A stretch of DNA of 64,000 nt from assembly GCA_963770895.1 (NCBI GenBank), contig CAVYRF010000001.1:1056001-1120000 (forward strand), given 5' to 3'. Positions 1 to 9,171 of this stretch are shown here, in pieces; position 1 is the stretch's first letter; each line of letters opens with the position of its first letter. This DNA comes from an uncultured Acidobacteriota bacterium (GTDB taxonomy: Bacteria > Acidobacteriota > Thermoanaerobaculia > Multivoradales > UBA5704). The position numbers and the translations under genes are program-made. The notes under the pieces were generated by a model. That model saw only the letters and a list, made by a program, of their open reading frames with translations. It was not told the DNA's origin and did not search any database.

Positions 1-1
1 A

Positions 2-3000
2 GACCTCTATCCGCTTTCGCCCCTGCAGCAGGGGCTGCTTTTCGATAGCCTCGCCTCGCAACGCGGTCACACCTACTTCGAACAGTACACACTCGCCTTT
101 TCCGGCGATCTCGACGCCGCAGCCTTCATGCGGGCGTGGCAGCGGGTGGTGGATCGCCACCCCGTACTGCGCACCAGCTTCCATTGGGAGCGCCTCGACG
201 AACCGTTGCAGCGGGTGCACGGCGCGGCCGCGTTGCCCTGGCAGAGCCTCGACTGGAGCGGCGCCAGCGCTGCCGAAGTACGCCGCCGGCTCGACGAGCT
301 GCGCGGCGCCGACCGCGCGCAGGGCTTCGACCTCAGCCGCCCGCCGTTGATGCGCGGCACGTTGGTGCGGACCGGCGAGCGCGAGGCGCGCTTCGTGTGG
401 AGCTTTCACCACCTGCTGCTCGACGGATGGTGCTTCGCGCTGATCTGGCAGGAGGTCTTTGCGCTCTACGAGGCCGACCGCCGAGGTGAGGTGGCGGAGC
501 TGCCACGGCGCCGCCCCTATCGCGACTACATCGCCTGGCTGCAGCGCCAGGACTTCGCCGCGGCCGAGCGCTATTGGCGTGCGAACCTCGCGGGCTACGA
601 GCCGGTGGAGATCGGCTTCGACTCCGACGCCGGCACCGCAGGCAGCGGAGCGGGAGACGAGGCCGCGGTGGAGGCGTTCGCCGAGCGGCAGCTGACGCTG
701 CCGGCAGTGCTCACCGCCGCGCTGCAAGCGATGGGCGCGGCGCGCCACCTCACCCCCGGCACTCTCGTCCAGGCGGCCTGGGCACTGTTGCTGGCGCGCT
801 GGACCGACCGCGAGGAGGCGTGCTTCGGTGCCGTGGTCTCCGGCCGGCCGCCGGAGATCCCGGGCGTCGATGCGATGATCGGACTGTTCATCAATACCCT
901 GCCCCTGCGCATCGAGATTGACGGCGCGCAGCCCCTCGATGACTGGCTGCGGCGCCTGCAGTCGCAGGCCATCGAGATGCGCCAGTTCGAGCACTGCCGG
1001 CTGGTAGACGTCCAGCGTTGGGGTGGCCTGCCGGCCGGCGCCGCGCCGTTCAGCAGTTTGCTCAGCTATCAGAACTATCCGTTCGAGGTCCGCCCGGATG
1101 ATGACGGCCTTGCGGTGACCGGCTTGGAGGTCGCGGCGTCGAACCGCTTTCCCCTGGTGCTCGTGGTGGTGCCCGGGCAACGGCTGCTGCTGCGCTTGCG
1201 ACACGACCGCCGCCACGATGGACCCAAGGTGGAGCGGCTGCTCGGCCAGCTGCAGAGCCTGCTTGCAGCCTTTGCCGATGTCGACCTCGGTGGCGTCTCA
1301 CGGAGCGCCGCGGTGCCTCTGGCCGCCCTGCCGCTGCTCAGGCCCGCTGAAAGCCACCAGATCCTTACGGAGTGGAACGCCACGGCGCCCGGCGCCGTGG
1401 CGGCGGATGACGCCGCCGCCGTCTGCGTACACCGGCTTTTCGAGCGCTGGGCGCGGCTCACCCCCGACGCGCCGGCCGTGGTGTTCGAGAACGAGCGGCT
1501 TACCTACGGCGGGCTCGATCGGCTGGCGAACGGCTGGGCCCACCACCTGCGGCGGCTGGGCGTCGGTCCCGAGACGGTGGTCGGCCTGTGCTGCGAGCGC
1601 TCACTGGCCATGATCGTGGGTATGTTCGCTGTGCTCAAGGCGGGAGGCGCCTACCTGCCTCTCGAACCCGCCTTGCCGGCCGAGCGTCTGAAATTCATGA
1701 TGAGCGCGGCCGGCGCCGAGCTGGTGCTTGGCGAAGGCCGGCTCGCCGCCACGTTCGACGAGCTGCCGGGTGGCCATGGGGTCCGTTTCCTCGCCCTCGA
1801 AACCGACGCCGGCAGCGGAGTGCCATCGCCTCGCGGCATGGCACCCTCCTGCGGAGTGAGCGCCGGCAACCTCGCCTATGTCCTCTTCACCTCAGGCTCG
1901 ACCGGCCGGCCCAAAGGCGTGGCGGTCGAACATCGCCAGCTCGCCGCTTATCTCTCGGGCATCGTGCCGCACCTCGGAGCGGCGGGCGCGGGCGGCAGCT
2001 TCGCGACCGTCTCCACTTTTGCCGCCGACCTTGGCAATACGGCGGTCTTTCCGGCCCTCACCGGCGGCGGCTGCCTCCACGTCATTGCGCGCCCGCGCCT
2101 CCAGGATCCGGCGGCGATGGCCGAGGTCATGGCCGGCGAAGCAATCGAGGGTCTGAAGATAGTGCCCTCCCACCTCGCCGCCCTGCTCGCCGGCGCGGAG
2201 CCCGCGGCAGTGCTGCCGTCTCGATGTCTGGCGCTCGGCGGCGAGGCGCTGTCGTGGGAGCTGGCCACGCGGCTGGACGTGCTGGCGCCAGCCTGCCTCA
2301 AGCTCAATCACTACGGTCCGACCGAAACCACGGTCGGCGTTGCCACCTATCGTTGGACGGCGGGCGAGCGGCGGCCGGCGGCGCGCACGGTGCCGATCGG
2401 GCGACCGCTCGCCGGCGCACGCGCCTACGTGCTCGACCGTGATGCGCGACCGGTACCGCTAGGAGCCGACGGCGAGCTGTACCTCGGCGGCGGCGGCCTG
2501 GCTCGCGGCTACATCGGTCGTCCTGACCTTACCGCCGAGCGTTTCGTGCCGGAACCCTTTGGCGATCGCCCGGGAGGAAGGCTCTATCGCACCGGCGATC
2601 GGGTGCGCCTGCTGGACGATGGCAATCTTGAGTTCCGTGGCCGGGTAGATTCCCAGATAAAGGTGCGTGGCTACCGCGTCGAGCCTGCCGAAATCGAGGC
2701 CGTTCTGTGCCGTCATCCGGCGGTACGCCGGGCGGCGCTTGTGGCCCGCGAGGACCGGCCCGGCGACCGACGCCTGGTGGCCTACGTCGTGCTCGCGCCC
2801 GGCGCCGCGGCGGGTGGCGACGCCGGCCTGATGCTGCGCGCGTGGGCGGGTTCGGAGCTTCCCGAATACATGATTCCCGAAACGGTCGTCGTGCTCGATG
2901 CCATGCCGCTGACGCCCAACGGCAAGCTCGATCGGACCGCCCTGCCGGAGCCGGGAACGGCGCCGATCGGCGCTGAGCAGGTGGCGCCCCGCGACCTGAT

Positions 3001-4057
3001 GGAGCTGCGCCTCGTCACGCTCTGGCAGGAGCTGCTCAAGGTACGACCAATCGGCGTGACGCAGGACTTCTTCGCTCTCGGTGGCAACTCCATGGATGCG
3101 GTGCGGCTGCTGGCCCGCCTGCACAAGCAGTTCGGGCGCCGCCTGTCGATCGCGCGGCTGGTCGAGGGCTCGACCGTCGAGGGATTGGCGGTGCTGCTGC
3201 GCCGGGAGGAGAGGCAGCCAGCCTCGTCCCTCGTGCCGCTGCAGCCGCGCGGCTTCCATCGTCCGCTGTTCTGCGTCCAACCTTCGGGAGCGCTCTGCTA
3301 TCTCGACCTCGTGCGCTGCCTGCCGGCCGACCAGCCGGTCTACGGCCTGCAAGCAGCGGCCGTCGGCGGGGGGGAGAGCGCGGCGCCGGCGACGGTGCCG
3401 GAGATGGCCGCCCGCTACCTCGCGGCGCTGCGCGACGTGCAGCAGGCGGGTCCTTATCGCCTCGCCGGCTGGTCGATGGGCGGCTCGGTGGCCTACGAGA
3501 TGGCGTGCCAGTTGACGGCCGCCGGCGAAGCCGTCGAGCTGTTGGCGCTGATCGATTCGCGGGTGGTGCAGGAGGCCGAGCGCCGGGAGGAAGTGGACGA
3601 GAATCGGCTGGTCGAAAACCTCGCCATGGAAATGAACCTGCCGCTCTCCGATCTCGGTTGCGCCTGGGGAGAGGCGGTCGGGCAGGGACTCGACGCGCAG
3701 CTAACGCTCCTTTTCCTGCATGCCAAACGGCTCGGGCTGCTGCCGCCGGATCTCGATATGGCGCAGATCCACCAGCACTTTTCCCTATTGCGATACCAAG
3801 GCATTGCGATTCGCACCTACCTGCCGCGGACTTACCCGGGACGCCTCTTGCTTTTGCGGGGCAGCGAACGGCCGGGGCCGGCAGGCGGCGATCCGAGCCT
3901 GGGGTGGAGTGCGCTTGCAGCCGGCGGTGTCGAGATCCGGAAGATTCCTGGCGACCATTTCACATTGCTCAAACCACCGAACGTCCAAACCTTGGCGGAC
4001 GCCCTCGTGGCAGCCCTCGCGGCCTGCGGCGCGGACGACGTCAGTGAAGGCGGCTAG
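2..4057 (+). CDS. NRPS terminal module C-A-T-TE (5' partial, gene begins upstream of the window)
   Basis: Frame is open from base 2 (DLYPLSPLQQGLLF, C1 motif). HHLLLDGW C-domain core; A-domain motifs YVLFTSGSTGRPKG, YGPTE, YRTGD, NGKLDR; T domain FFALGGNSM; TE GWSMGG and C-terminal GDHF. Confidence 0.97.
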   Translation, partial: DLYPLSPLQQGLLFDSLASQRGHTYFEQYTLAFSGDLDAAAFMRAWQRVVDRHPVLRTSFHWERLDEPLQRVHGAAALPWQSLDWSGASAAEVRRRLDELRGADRAQGFDLSRPPLMRGTLVRTGEREARFVWSFHHLLLDGWCFALIWQEVFALYEADRRGEVAELPRRRPYRDYIAWLQRQDFAAAERYWRANLAGYEPVEIGFDSDAGTAGSGAGDEAAVEAFAERQLTLPAVLTAALQAMGAARHLTPGTLVQAAWALLLARWTDREEACFGAVVSGRPPEIPGVDAMIGLFINTLPLRIEIDGAQPLDDWLRRLQSQAIEMRQFEHCRLVDVQRWGGLPAGAAPFSSLLSYQNYPFEVRPDDDGLAVTGLEVAASNRFPLVLVVVPGQRLLLRLRHDRRHDGPKVERLLGQLQSLLAAFADVDLGGVSRSAAVPLAALPLLRPAESHQILTEWNATAPGAVAADDAAAVCVHRLFERWARLTPDAPAVVFENERLTYGGLDRLANGWAHHLRRLGVGPETVVGLCCERSLAMIVGMFAVLKAGGAYLPLEPALPAERLKFMMSAAGAELVLGEGRLAATFDELPGGHGVRFLALETDAGSGVPSPRGMAPSCGVSAGNLAYVLFTSGSTGRPKGVAVEHRQLAAYLSGIVPHLGAAGAGGSFATVSTFAADLGNTAVFPALTGGGCLHVIARPRLQDPAAMAEVMAGEAIEGLKIVPSHLAALLAGAEPAAVLPSRCLALGGEALSWELATRLDVLAPACLKLNHYGPTETTVGVATYRWTAGERRPAARTVPIGRPLAGARAYVLDRDARPVPLGADGELYLGGGGLARGYIGRPDLTAERFVPEPFGDRPGGRLYRTGDRVRLLDDGNLEFRGRVDSQIKVRGYRVEPAEIEAVLCRHPAVRRAALVAREDRPGDRRLVAYVVLAPGAAAGGDAGLMLRAWAGSELPEYMIPETVVVLDAMPLTPNGKLDRTALPEPGTAPIGAEQVAPRDLMELRLVTLWQELLKVRPIGVTQDFFALGGNSMDAVRLLARLHKQFGRRLSIARLVEGSTVEGLAVLLRREERQPASSLVPLQPRGFHRPLFCVQPSGALCYLDLVRCLPADQPVYGLQAAAVGGGESAAPATVPEMAARYLAALRDVQQAGPYRLAGWSMGGSVAYEMACQLTAAGEAVELLALIDSRVVQEAERREEVDENRLVENLAMEMNLPLSDLGCAWGEAVGQGLDAQLTLLFLHAKRLGLLPPDLDMAQIHQHFSLLRYQGIAIRTYLPRTYPGRLLLLRGSERPGPAGGDPSLGWSALAAGGVEIRKIPGDHFTLLKPPNVQTLADALVAALAACGADDVSEGG

Positions 4058-4060
4058 GCC

Positions 4061-5074
4061 ATGACGCAACACCCGCTTGTACCCTCGAATCAACCGCCGG
4101 TTTTCGATGCGGTCGAAACCGGCTTTCTCTCCGTGGCGGCGGCCTTGCCGCTCGTTTGCCAGCCGCGACGGCCCGACCTCGACGCCTTCGCGTGGGCCGG
4201 TGCGCATCTTTCCGGCCTGCACGCCGCGTTGCGGCACTACGGAGCCATCCTCTTCCGCGGTTTCGACGTGCCATCGGTCGCCGCCTTCGAGCGTCTGGCC
4301 GGCACCTTCTGCCCCGATCTCTTCGGCGATTACGGCGATCTGCCACGCGAAGCGCTCGGGGAGAAGGTCTATGAATCGACTCCATACCCTGCCGACAAGA
4401 CGATCCTGTTTCACAACGAAAGCTCGCATCTCCATCGTTGGCCGGAGAAACAGTTTTTCTTCTGCGTCATACCGGCGCGCGAGCGCGGCGAGACGCCTAT
4501 TGTCGACTGCCGCGACCTTTTCCGCCGCCTCGATTCCCCGGTGGCGCGCCAGTTCGAGGAGCGCAAATTGATGTATGTCCGCAACTTCGTCGAGGGCCTC
4601 GACATGCCATGGCAGAAATTCTTCCGCACCTCCGACCGCCGAGCGGTCGAGGTGTCCTGCTCCGCCGCTGGCATGGAGGCTGAGTGGACCGATGACAACG
4701 GGCTGCGGCTGCGGCAGATCGCACCGGCGGTGATTCGCCATCCGCGCACCGGCGAGAAGTGCTTCTTCAATCAGATCCAACTCCATCATGTGTCCCAGCT
4801 CGATCCCGAGTTGCGCGAATCGCTGCTCGAGATTTACGGTGAGCAGGGGCTGCCGCGCAACGTTTTCTACGGCGACGGATCGCCGATTCCCGACGCGCTG
4901 GTCGCCGAGCTGCAAGATCTCTACTGGCAGGCCTCCGTGGCTTTTCCATGGCAAAAGGGAGACGTCTTGATGGTCGACAACATGATGATTGCCCACGCCC
5001 GTAATCCTTTCGTCGGCCCGCGCAAGATAGTGGTTGCCATGGGCGAGCTGGTCGGCATCGCCGACATCGGTTGA
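4061..5074 (+). CDS. TauD/SyrP-family Fe(II)/2-oxoglutarate dioxygenase (probable aspartyl beta-hydroxylase)
   Basis: GAILFRGF, YESTPYP..ILFHNESS, GETPIVDCR, FFNQIQLHH, WQKGDVLMVDNMMIAHAR; starts 3 bp after the NRPS stop. Confidence 0.92.
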   Translation: MTQHPLVPSNQPPVFDAVETGFLSVAAALPLVCQPRRPDLDAFAWAGAHLSGLHAALRHYGAILFRGFDVPSVAAFERLAGTFCPDLFGDYGDLPREALGEKVYESTPYPADKTILFHNESSHLHRWPEKQFFFCVIPARERGETPIVDCRDLFRRLDSPVARQFEERKLMYVRNFVEGLDMPWQKFFRTSDRRAVEVSCSAAGMEAEWTDDNGLRLRQIAPAVIRHPRTGEKCFFNQIQLHHVSQLDPELRESLLEIYGEQGLPRNVFYGDGSPIPDALVAELQDLYWQASVAFPWQKGDVLMVDNMMIAHARNPFVGPRKIVVAMGELVGIADIG

Positions 5075-5083
5075 GGAGCATCC

Positions 5084-7558
5084 ATGTGGCAAGACTTCCG
5101 GTACGCGCTGCGTCTCCTCGGCAGGAATCCGCTGTTCACCCTCATGGCGACCCTCTCGCTGGCGATCGGCATCGGTGCCAACAGCGCCATCTTCAGCGTC
5201 GTCGACGCGGTGCTGCTGCGCCCGCTGCCGGTTGCCGACCCGCGCAGCCTGGCCGTGATCTACAGCGGTCCACCCGACTCGCGGTACGACCCATCCTCCT
5301 ATCCGGACTTCCTCGATTTCCAGGCTCAAAATCACTCTTTCAGCGGCCTCGTTGCCCATAGTCCCCTGCTGGTCAGCTACACCAACGGCGATCGCTCCGA
5401 GCAAATCCTCGGCGAGATCGCGACGGCCGACTATTTTCAAGTGCTGGGTATCCCGATTTCGCGCGGTCGCGGCTTCGTGGCCGAGGAAGACCAGGGGCCG
5501 GGCGCGCATCCGGTGGTGGTCGTCAGCGACAGCTTCTGGCGGCGGCGCCTGGACGCCGCGCCGGATGCGGTCGGGCGCCTGCTCAAGCTCGACGGTCACG
5601 ACTTCCGCATCATCGGCATCGCTCCGGCGAGCTTTCGCGGTCTGACGGTCGGTGTCGTGACCGACCTTTGGGTGCCGATAAGCATGGCCGATCAGGTGGC
5701 CGCCGATCGGCCGGGAGTCCGTACCCGCCGCGACCGGCACTGGCTGCAGATCATGGGCCGCTTGCGTCCAGGCACCCGCTTGCCGGCAGCGCAGACCGAT
5801 CTCGGTCTCATCGCCAGCCGTCTCGCCGCCGAGTATCCAGACTCGAACCGCGGCCACGGCGTGGCCGTGCTGGCGGCGAGCAGCGTCGTGGTGCATCCCG
5901 AGGCCGATGCCGCAGTCTTCGGCGCCGCGGGCCTCCTCGGCTTGGTGGTCGGCGCGGTGCTGCTGATCGCCGCCGCCAACGTCGCCAACCTGCTGCTGGC
6001 ACGGGCTTCGGCAAGACGCCGCGACATCGCGATCCGGCTGGCGATCGGCGCCAGCCGGCTGCAGCTCATCCGTCAGCTCCTGGTCGAGAGCGTCCTCCTG
6101 GCACTCCTTGGGGGCGGCGCCGGGCTGCTGCTCGCCGCCTGGGTGCTGGCGCTCCTGGTACGCTTCCGGTTGCCGCTGCCGATCTCGGTGACACTCGAGA
6201 TCGGCATCAGCTCGCATGCGCTGGTCTTTACTTTCGGGCTTGCGCTGCTGACCGGTGTGCTGTGCGGGTTGGCTCCGGCTCTCGTCAGCTCGCGGCCGCG
6301 CCTGGTCGCCGAGATCAAGGATGACGTCACGGCCGCGGGCGGCCGGCGGCGGCGTTTCGGCTTGAGCAATCTCCTGGTCATCGCGCAGGTCGCCGTGTCG
6401 CTGCTCCTGCTCATCGGCGCCGGCCTGTTCGTGCGCAGCCTGGAGAGCGCCCAATCGATCGATCCCGGCTTTCGTATTACGGATGTGGCGCTGGCGACTG
6501 CGCAGCCGGCAGTCACCGGCTACGACGAGACGCGGGTCCGCGCGTTCTACCATGAGCTCGCGCGGCGAGCCGCGGCGCTGCCGGGAGTACAGGCGGTCGC
6601 CATGACCGACTGGGTGCCGCTGACGCTCGGTTTCAAGACCAAGAAGATCGCTGTCGAAGGCAGCGGCGGCGAGCCGATGGTCGGAACGGCGGGCGGCACA
6701 GGTCCCGGCGCCGGCGTCGAGGTCGACAGCGCGGTCGTCGAGCCGGGATACTTCAAGGCGCTCGCCATTGCGCTGCTGCGTGGCCGCGACTTCAATGAGA
6801 CCGATCGGGCGACGAGCCCACGGGTTGCCGTCATCGACGAGACCATGGCCAGCCACATGTGGCGCGGCCGCGACCCGCTCGGGGCGCGATTTCGGCTGGT
6901 GGCGGGACCGGCGGGGTGGGTCTCGGTGGTGGGCGTGGTGCGCGACAGTAAGGTGCGCAGCCTTGGGGAGGCCCCGCGGCCCTACTTCTACCTGCCGTTC
7001 GCGCAGAGCTATTCACCGTCCATGACCCTGTTGCTGGTGACCGCGGGCGCGCCGGAGGCGGTGTTGCCGGCGGTGCGGCGCGAGGTGGCTGCGCTCGATC
7101 CTAACGTGCCGATCGCCGAGGCCACGACTCTCGCGCAGCACCTGCAGCTCTCGCTGTTCCCCGCCCGGGTTGCCGCGCTGTTGCTCGGGCTGTTCGGCCT
7201 CGTCGGCCTGCTGCTCGCGGCGGTCGGCCTGTACGGCGTCGTCTCCCAGTCGGTCGCCCGGCGCACCCGCGAGATGGGAATCCGCCTCGCCCTCGGCTCC
7301 CAGCGCGGCGAGCTCCTGGCAAAGCTGACCATGGAAGGCATGGTGCTGGTTGGTATCGGCGTCGGCATCGGGCTGGCCGCCGCCTACGCCAGCTCGCAAG
7401 TGCTGGCCTCCCTGCTCTTCGGCATCAGTGCCGTCGACCCGCTCACCTTCACTGGCGTGCCGCTGATGCTGCTCCTGGTGGCTCTCCTCGCGACCCTGGT
7501 GCCGGCGTGGCGGGCGATGCGGATCGACCCGGTCAAGAGCCTGCGCGCCGGCCAATGA
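5084..7558 (+). CDS. ABC transporter permease, duplicated MacB/FtsX type (ADOP-like)
   Basis: WQDFRYALRLL start, LAIGIGANSAIFS, ANVANLLLAR...IRLAIGASR, second repeat RRTREMGIRLALG, C-terminal PAWRAMRIDP. No ATPase gene adjacent in the window. Confidence 0.93.
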   Translation: MWQDFRYALRLLGRNPLFTLMATLSLAIGIGANSAIFSVVDAVLLRPLPVADPRSLAVIYSGPPDSRYDPSSYPDFLDFQAQNHSFSGLVAHSPLLVSYTNGDRSEQILGEIATADYFQVLGIPISRGRGFVAEEDQGPGAHPVVVVSDSFWRRRLDAAPDAVGRLLKLDGHDFRIIGIAPASFRGLTVGVVTDLWVPISMADQVAADRPGVRTRRDRHWLQIMGRLRPGTRLPAAQTDLGLIASRLAAEYPDSNRGHGVAVLAASSVVVHPEADAAVFGAAGLLGLVVGAVLLIAAANVANLLLARASARRRDIAIRLAIGASRLQLIRQLLVESVLLALLGGGAGLLLAAWVLALLVRFRLPLPISVTLEIGISSHALVFTFGLALLTGVLCGLAPALVSSRPRLVAEIKDDVTAAGGRRRRFGLSNLLVIAQVAVSLLLLIGAGLFVRSLESAQSIDPGFRITDVALATAQPAVTGYDETRVRAFYHELARRAAALPGVQAVAMTDWVPLTLGFKTKKIAVEGSGGEPMVGTAGGTGPGAGVEVDSAVVEPGYFKALAIALLRGRDFNETDRATSPRVAVIDETMASHMWRGRDPLGARFRLVAGPAGWVSVVGVVRDSKVRSLGEAPRPYFYLPFAQSYSPSMTLLLVTAGAPEAVLPAVRREVAALDPNVPIAEATTLAQHLQLSLFPARVAALLLGLFGLVGLLLAAVGLYGVVSQSVARRTREMGIRLALGSQRGELLAKLTMEGMVLVGIGVGIGLAAAYASSQVLASLLFGISAVDPLTFTGVPLMLLLVALLATLVPAWRAMRIDPVKSLRAGQ

Positions 7559-7571
7559 GGCAAGACAAGAC

Positions 7572-8717
7572 ATGAGCAACCTTGCGGCCGTCGAAGCGGC
7601 ATTGGCGTGTCATCCAGAGGTTGCCGAGGCGGTGGTGGCGGCGTCCGGCAGGGTGGGTGAGGCGGGCAAGGAAGGCACCTGGGCTTGGATTGTGCGGCGT
7701 GACGCGGCCCGCTGCGGCCCGCCGCACCGCCTTCCCTGTGGGCTCACGGTCTTCCAGCTCAATCAGAACGAAACCGATCACCTCTACCGCCAGATCTTCG
7801 AGGATCTCATTTACCTCCGCCACGGAATCGCCCTTCCCGACGACGCCTGCATACTCGACATCGGTGCGAACATCGGGCTGTTCACGCTCTTCGCACACTC
7901 CTGCTGCGAGCGAGCACGCGTCGTCGCTTGCGAACCCAGTCCCCATGCCTTCGAGCGGCTGCGACGCAACGCCGAACGCTACGGCCTCGCGGTCGTGGCC
8001 GAGCCGTGCGCGGTCTTCGACCGCGAGGGGATGGCGCCCTTCAGCGTCTATCCCCGCGCCTCCGTCATGTCGGGACTCTTCGTCGATCCGGCGGCGGAGG
8101 AGCGGCTGTTTCGCACTTTCGCCGGCGAGCAGCTGCGAGAGGAGGGGGACCGGGAGATCATCGCCGCCGCCATCGACGAAATGGCCGCGGGCCGCTTCGC
8201 CGTCGAGGTCGTTGAAAGGCCCCTGCGAACGGTTTCGAGCATCTTGCGCGAGCGGGCCATCGCACGCGTCGACCTGCTCAAGATCGATGCCGAAAAGAGC
8301 GAGCGTGAGGTGTTCGCCGGAATCGCGGAGGATGATTGGCCGAAGATCCTCCAGGTTACCGCCGAGGTGCACCGCGACGATTGGGTCGCCGAGATCACAG
8401 CCCTCCTTGCGGCCCGTGGCTTCACCGTCGCCAGCGAGCAGGATTCAACGATGCGCGATACCGAAATCCACCACCTCTACGCGCGCCGCACCCGGCCCGA
8501 GGATGGCAGGGTCTGGCATGAGCGCCCCTGGCGCACCCTCGTGCCCGCCGCACCGCCTCCGCCCCTGGCGACCCTCGACGCGCTGCGCGACTCCTTGCGC
8601 GAGCTCATCTGGCGCACCCTGCCCGGCGCCCCAGTTCCGGCCGGCTTCACCTTCCTCGACCGCCTGCCGCGGCTTGCCGGCGGCAAGGTCGACCGCGCCG
8701 CCCTGCCGCAGCCCTGA
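7572..8717 (+). CDS. FkbM-family O-methyltransferase flanked by adenylation-domain C-terminal subdomain segments
   Basis: LDIGANIGLF, ACEPSP, VDLLKIDAEKSE (FkbM). N-terminal LAAVEAALACHPEVAEAVV and C-terminal LPGAPVPAGFTFLDRLPRLAGGKVDRAALPQP resemble A8-A10 segments. Confidence 0.88.
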   Translation: MSNLAAVEAALACHPEVAEAVVAASGRVGEAGKEGTWAWIVRRDAARCGPPHRLPCGLTVFQLNQNETDHLYRQIFEDLIYLRHGIALPDDACILDIGANIGLFTLFAHSCCERARVVACEPSPHAFERLRRNAERYGLAVVAEPCAVFDREGMAPFSVYPRASVMSGLFVDPAAEERLFRTFAGEQLREEGDREIIAAAIDEMAAGRFAVEVVERPLRTVSSILRERAIARVDLLKIDAEKSEREVFAGIAEDDWPKILQVTAEVHRDDWVAEITALLAARGFTVASEQDSTMRDTEIHHLYARRTRPEDGRVWHERPWRTLVPAAPPPPLATLDALRDSLRELIWRTLPGAPVPAGFTFLDRLPRLAGGKVDRAALPQP

Positions 8718-8719
8718 GC

Positions 8720-8812
8720 CTAAGGACTCTGGTCCGTAAGCCCCCGAAGACGGATCTGCGCCCGGTAGCGGACCTCGCCGCCGAGAGTCCGGAGCTTGGA
8801 AAGCGTTGCCAT
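8720..8812 (-). pseudogene. N-terminal remnant of a tyrosine recombinase/integrase
   Basis: MATLSKLRTLGGEVRYRAQIRLRG then a stop after 30 aa, with GGAGGAG RBS upstream. The 'RYRAQIR..G' pattern is typical of phage-integrase N-termini, and it lies just 3' of a tRNA. Confidence 0.6.
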
Positions 8813-8920
8813 GATGCGCTCCTCCGTACCCCGAACCGGGCAACTTGCGGCGGCAGTGTGCCATGAGTGCACCTTGGGCCATCTGGTCGGGTGCCGAAGC
8901 ACCCGGCCTGCCCGAGGGGG

Positions 8921-8962
8921 GCAAGCCTAAGTAACTGATATTGTGGGGTTTATTTGGCTTGC
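8921..8962 (-). promoter_or_regulatory. Imperfect inverted repeat with IHF-like site immediately 3' of tRNA-Thr (att junction or terminator)
   Basis: GCAAGCC...GGCTTGC arms; minus-strand TATCAGTTACTTA matches WATCARNNNNTTR. Confidence 0.45.
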
Positions 8963-8965
8963 TTC

Positions 8966-9040
8966 TGGAGCCGGCACCCGGATTTGAACCGGGGACCTAC
9001 GGTTTACAAGACCGTAGCTCTACCCCTGAGCTATGCCGGC
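8966..9040 (-). tRNA. tRNA-Thr(TGT)
   Basis: Reverse complement GCCGGCATAGCTCAGGGGTAGAGC-TACGGTCTTGTAAACCGTAG-GTCCCCGGTTCAAATCCGGGTGCCGGCTCCA: cloverleaf, TGT anticodon, encoded CCA. Confidence 0.97.
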
Positions 9041-9171
9041 CTGGGGGGAGGATAGCAAATCGCGGAGGGCTGGCGGCCGTTGGAGGCTGCTTTGGCGGCG
9101 CGGCTTTGGGAGGCCCTTGTCGCGGTGGGGGGCGCTGGCAGCGGCGGATGTTGGTTGCAGCGGTTCTGGCA

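Noticed and set aside
3785-6856. 1023-aa minus-strand ORF, and similar long ORFs such as 23198-26122, 49135-51507 and 58464-62048
   Set aside because: Antisense shadows of well-supported genes, expected at this GC content; no family motifs.
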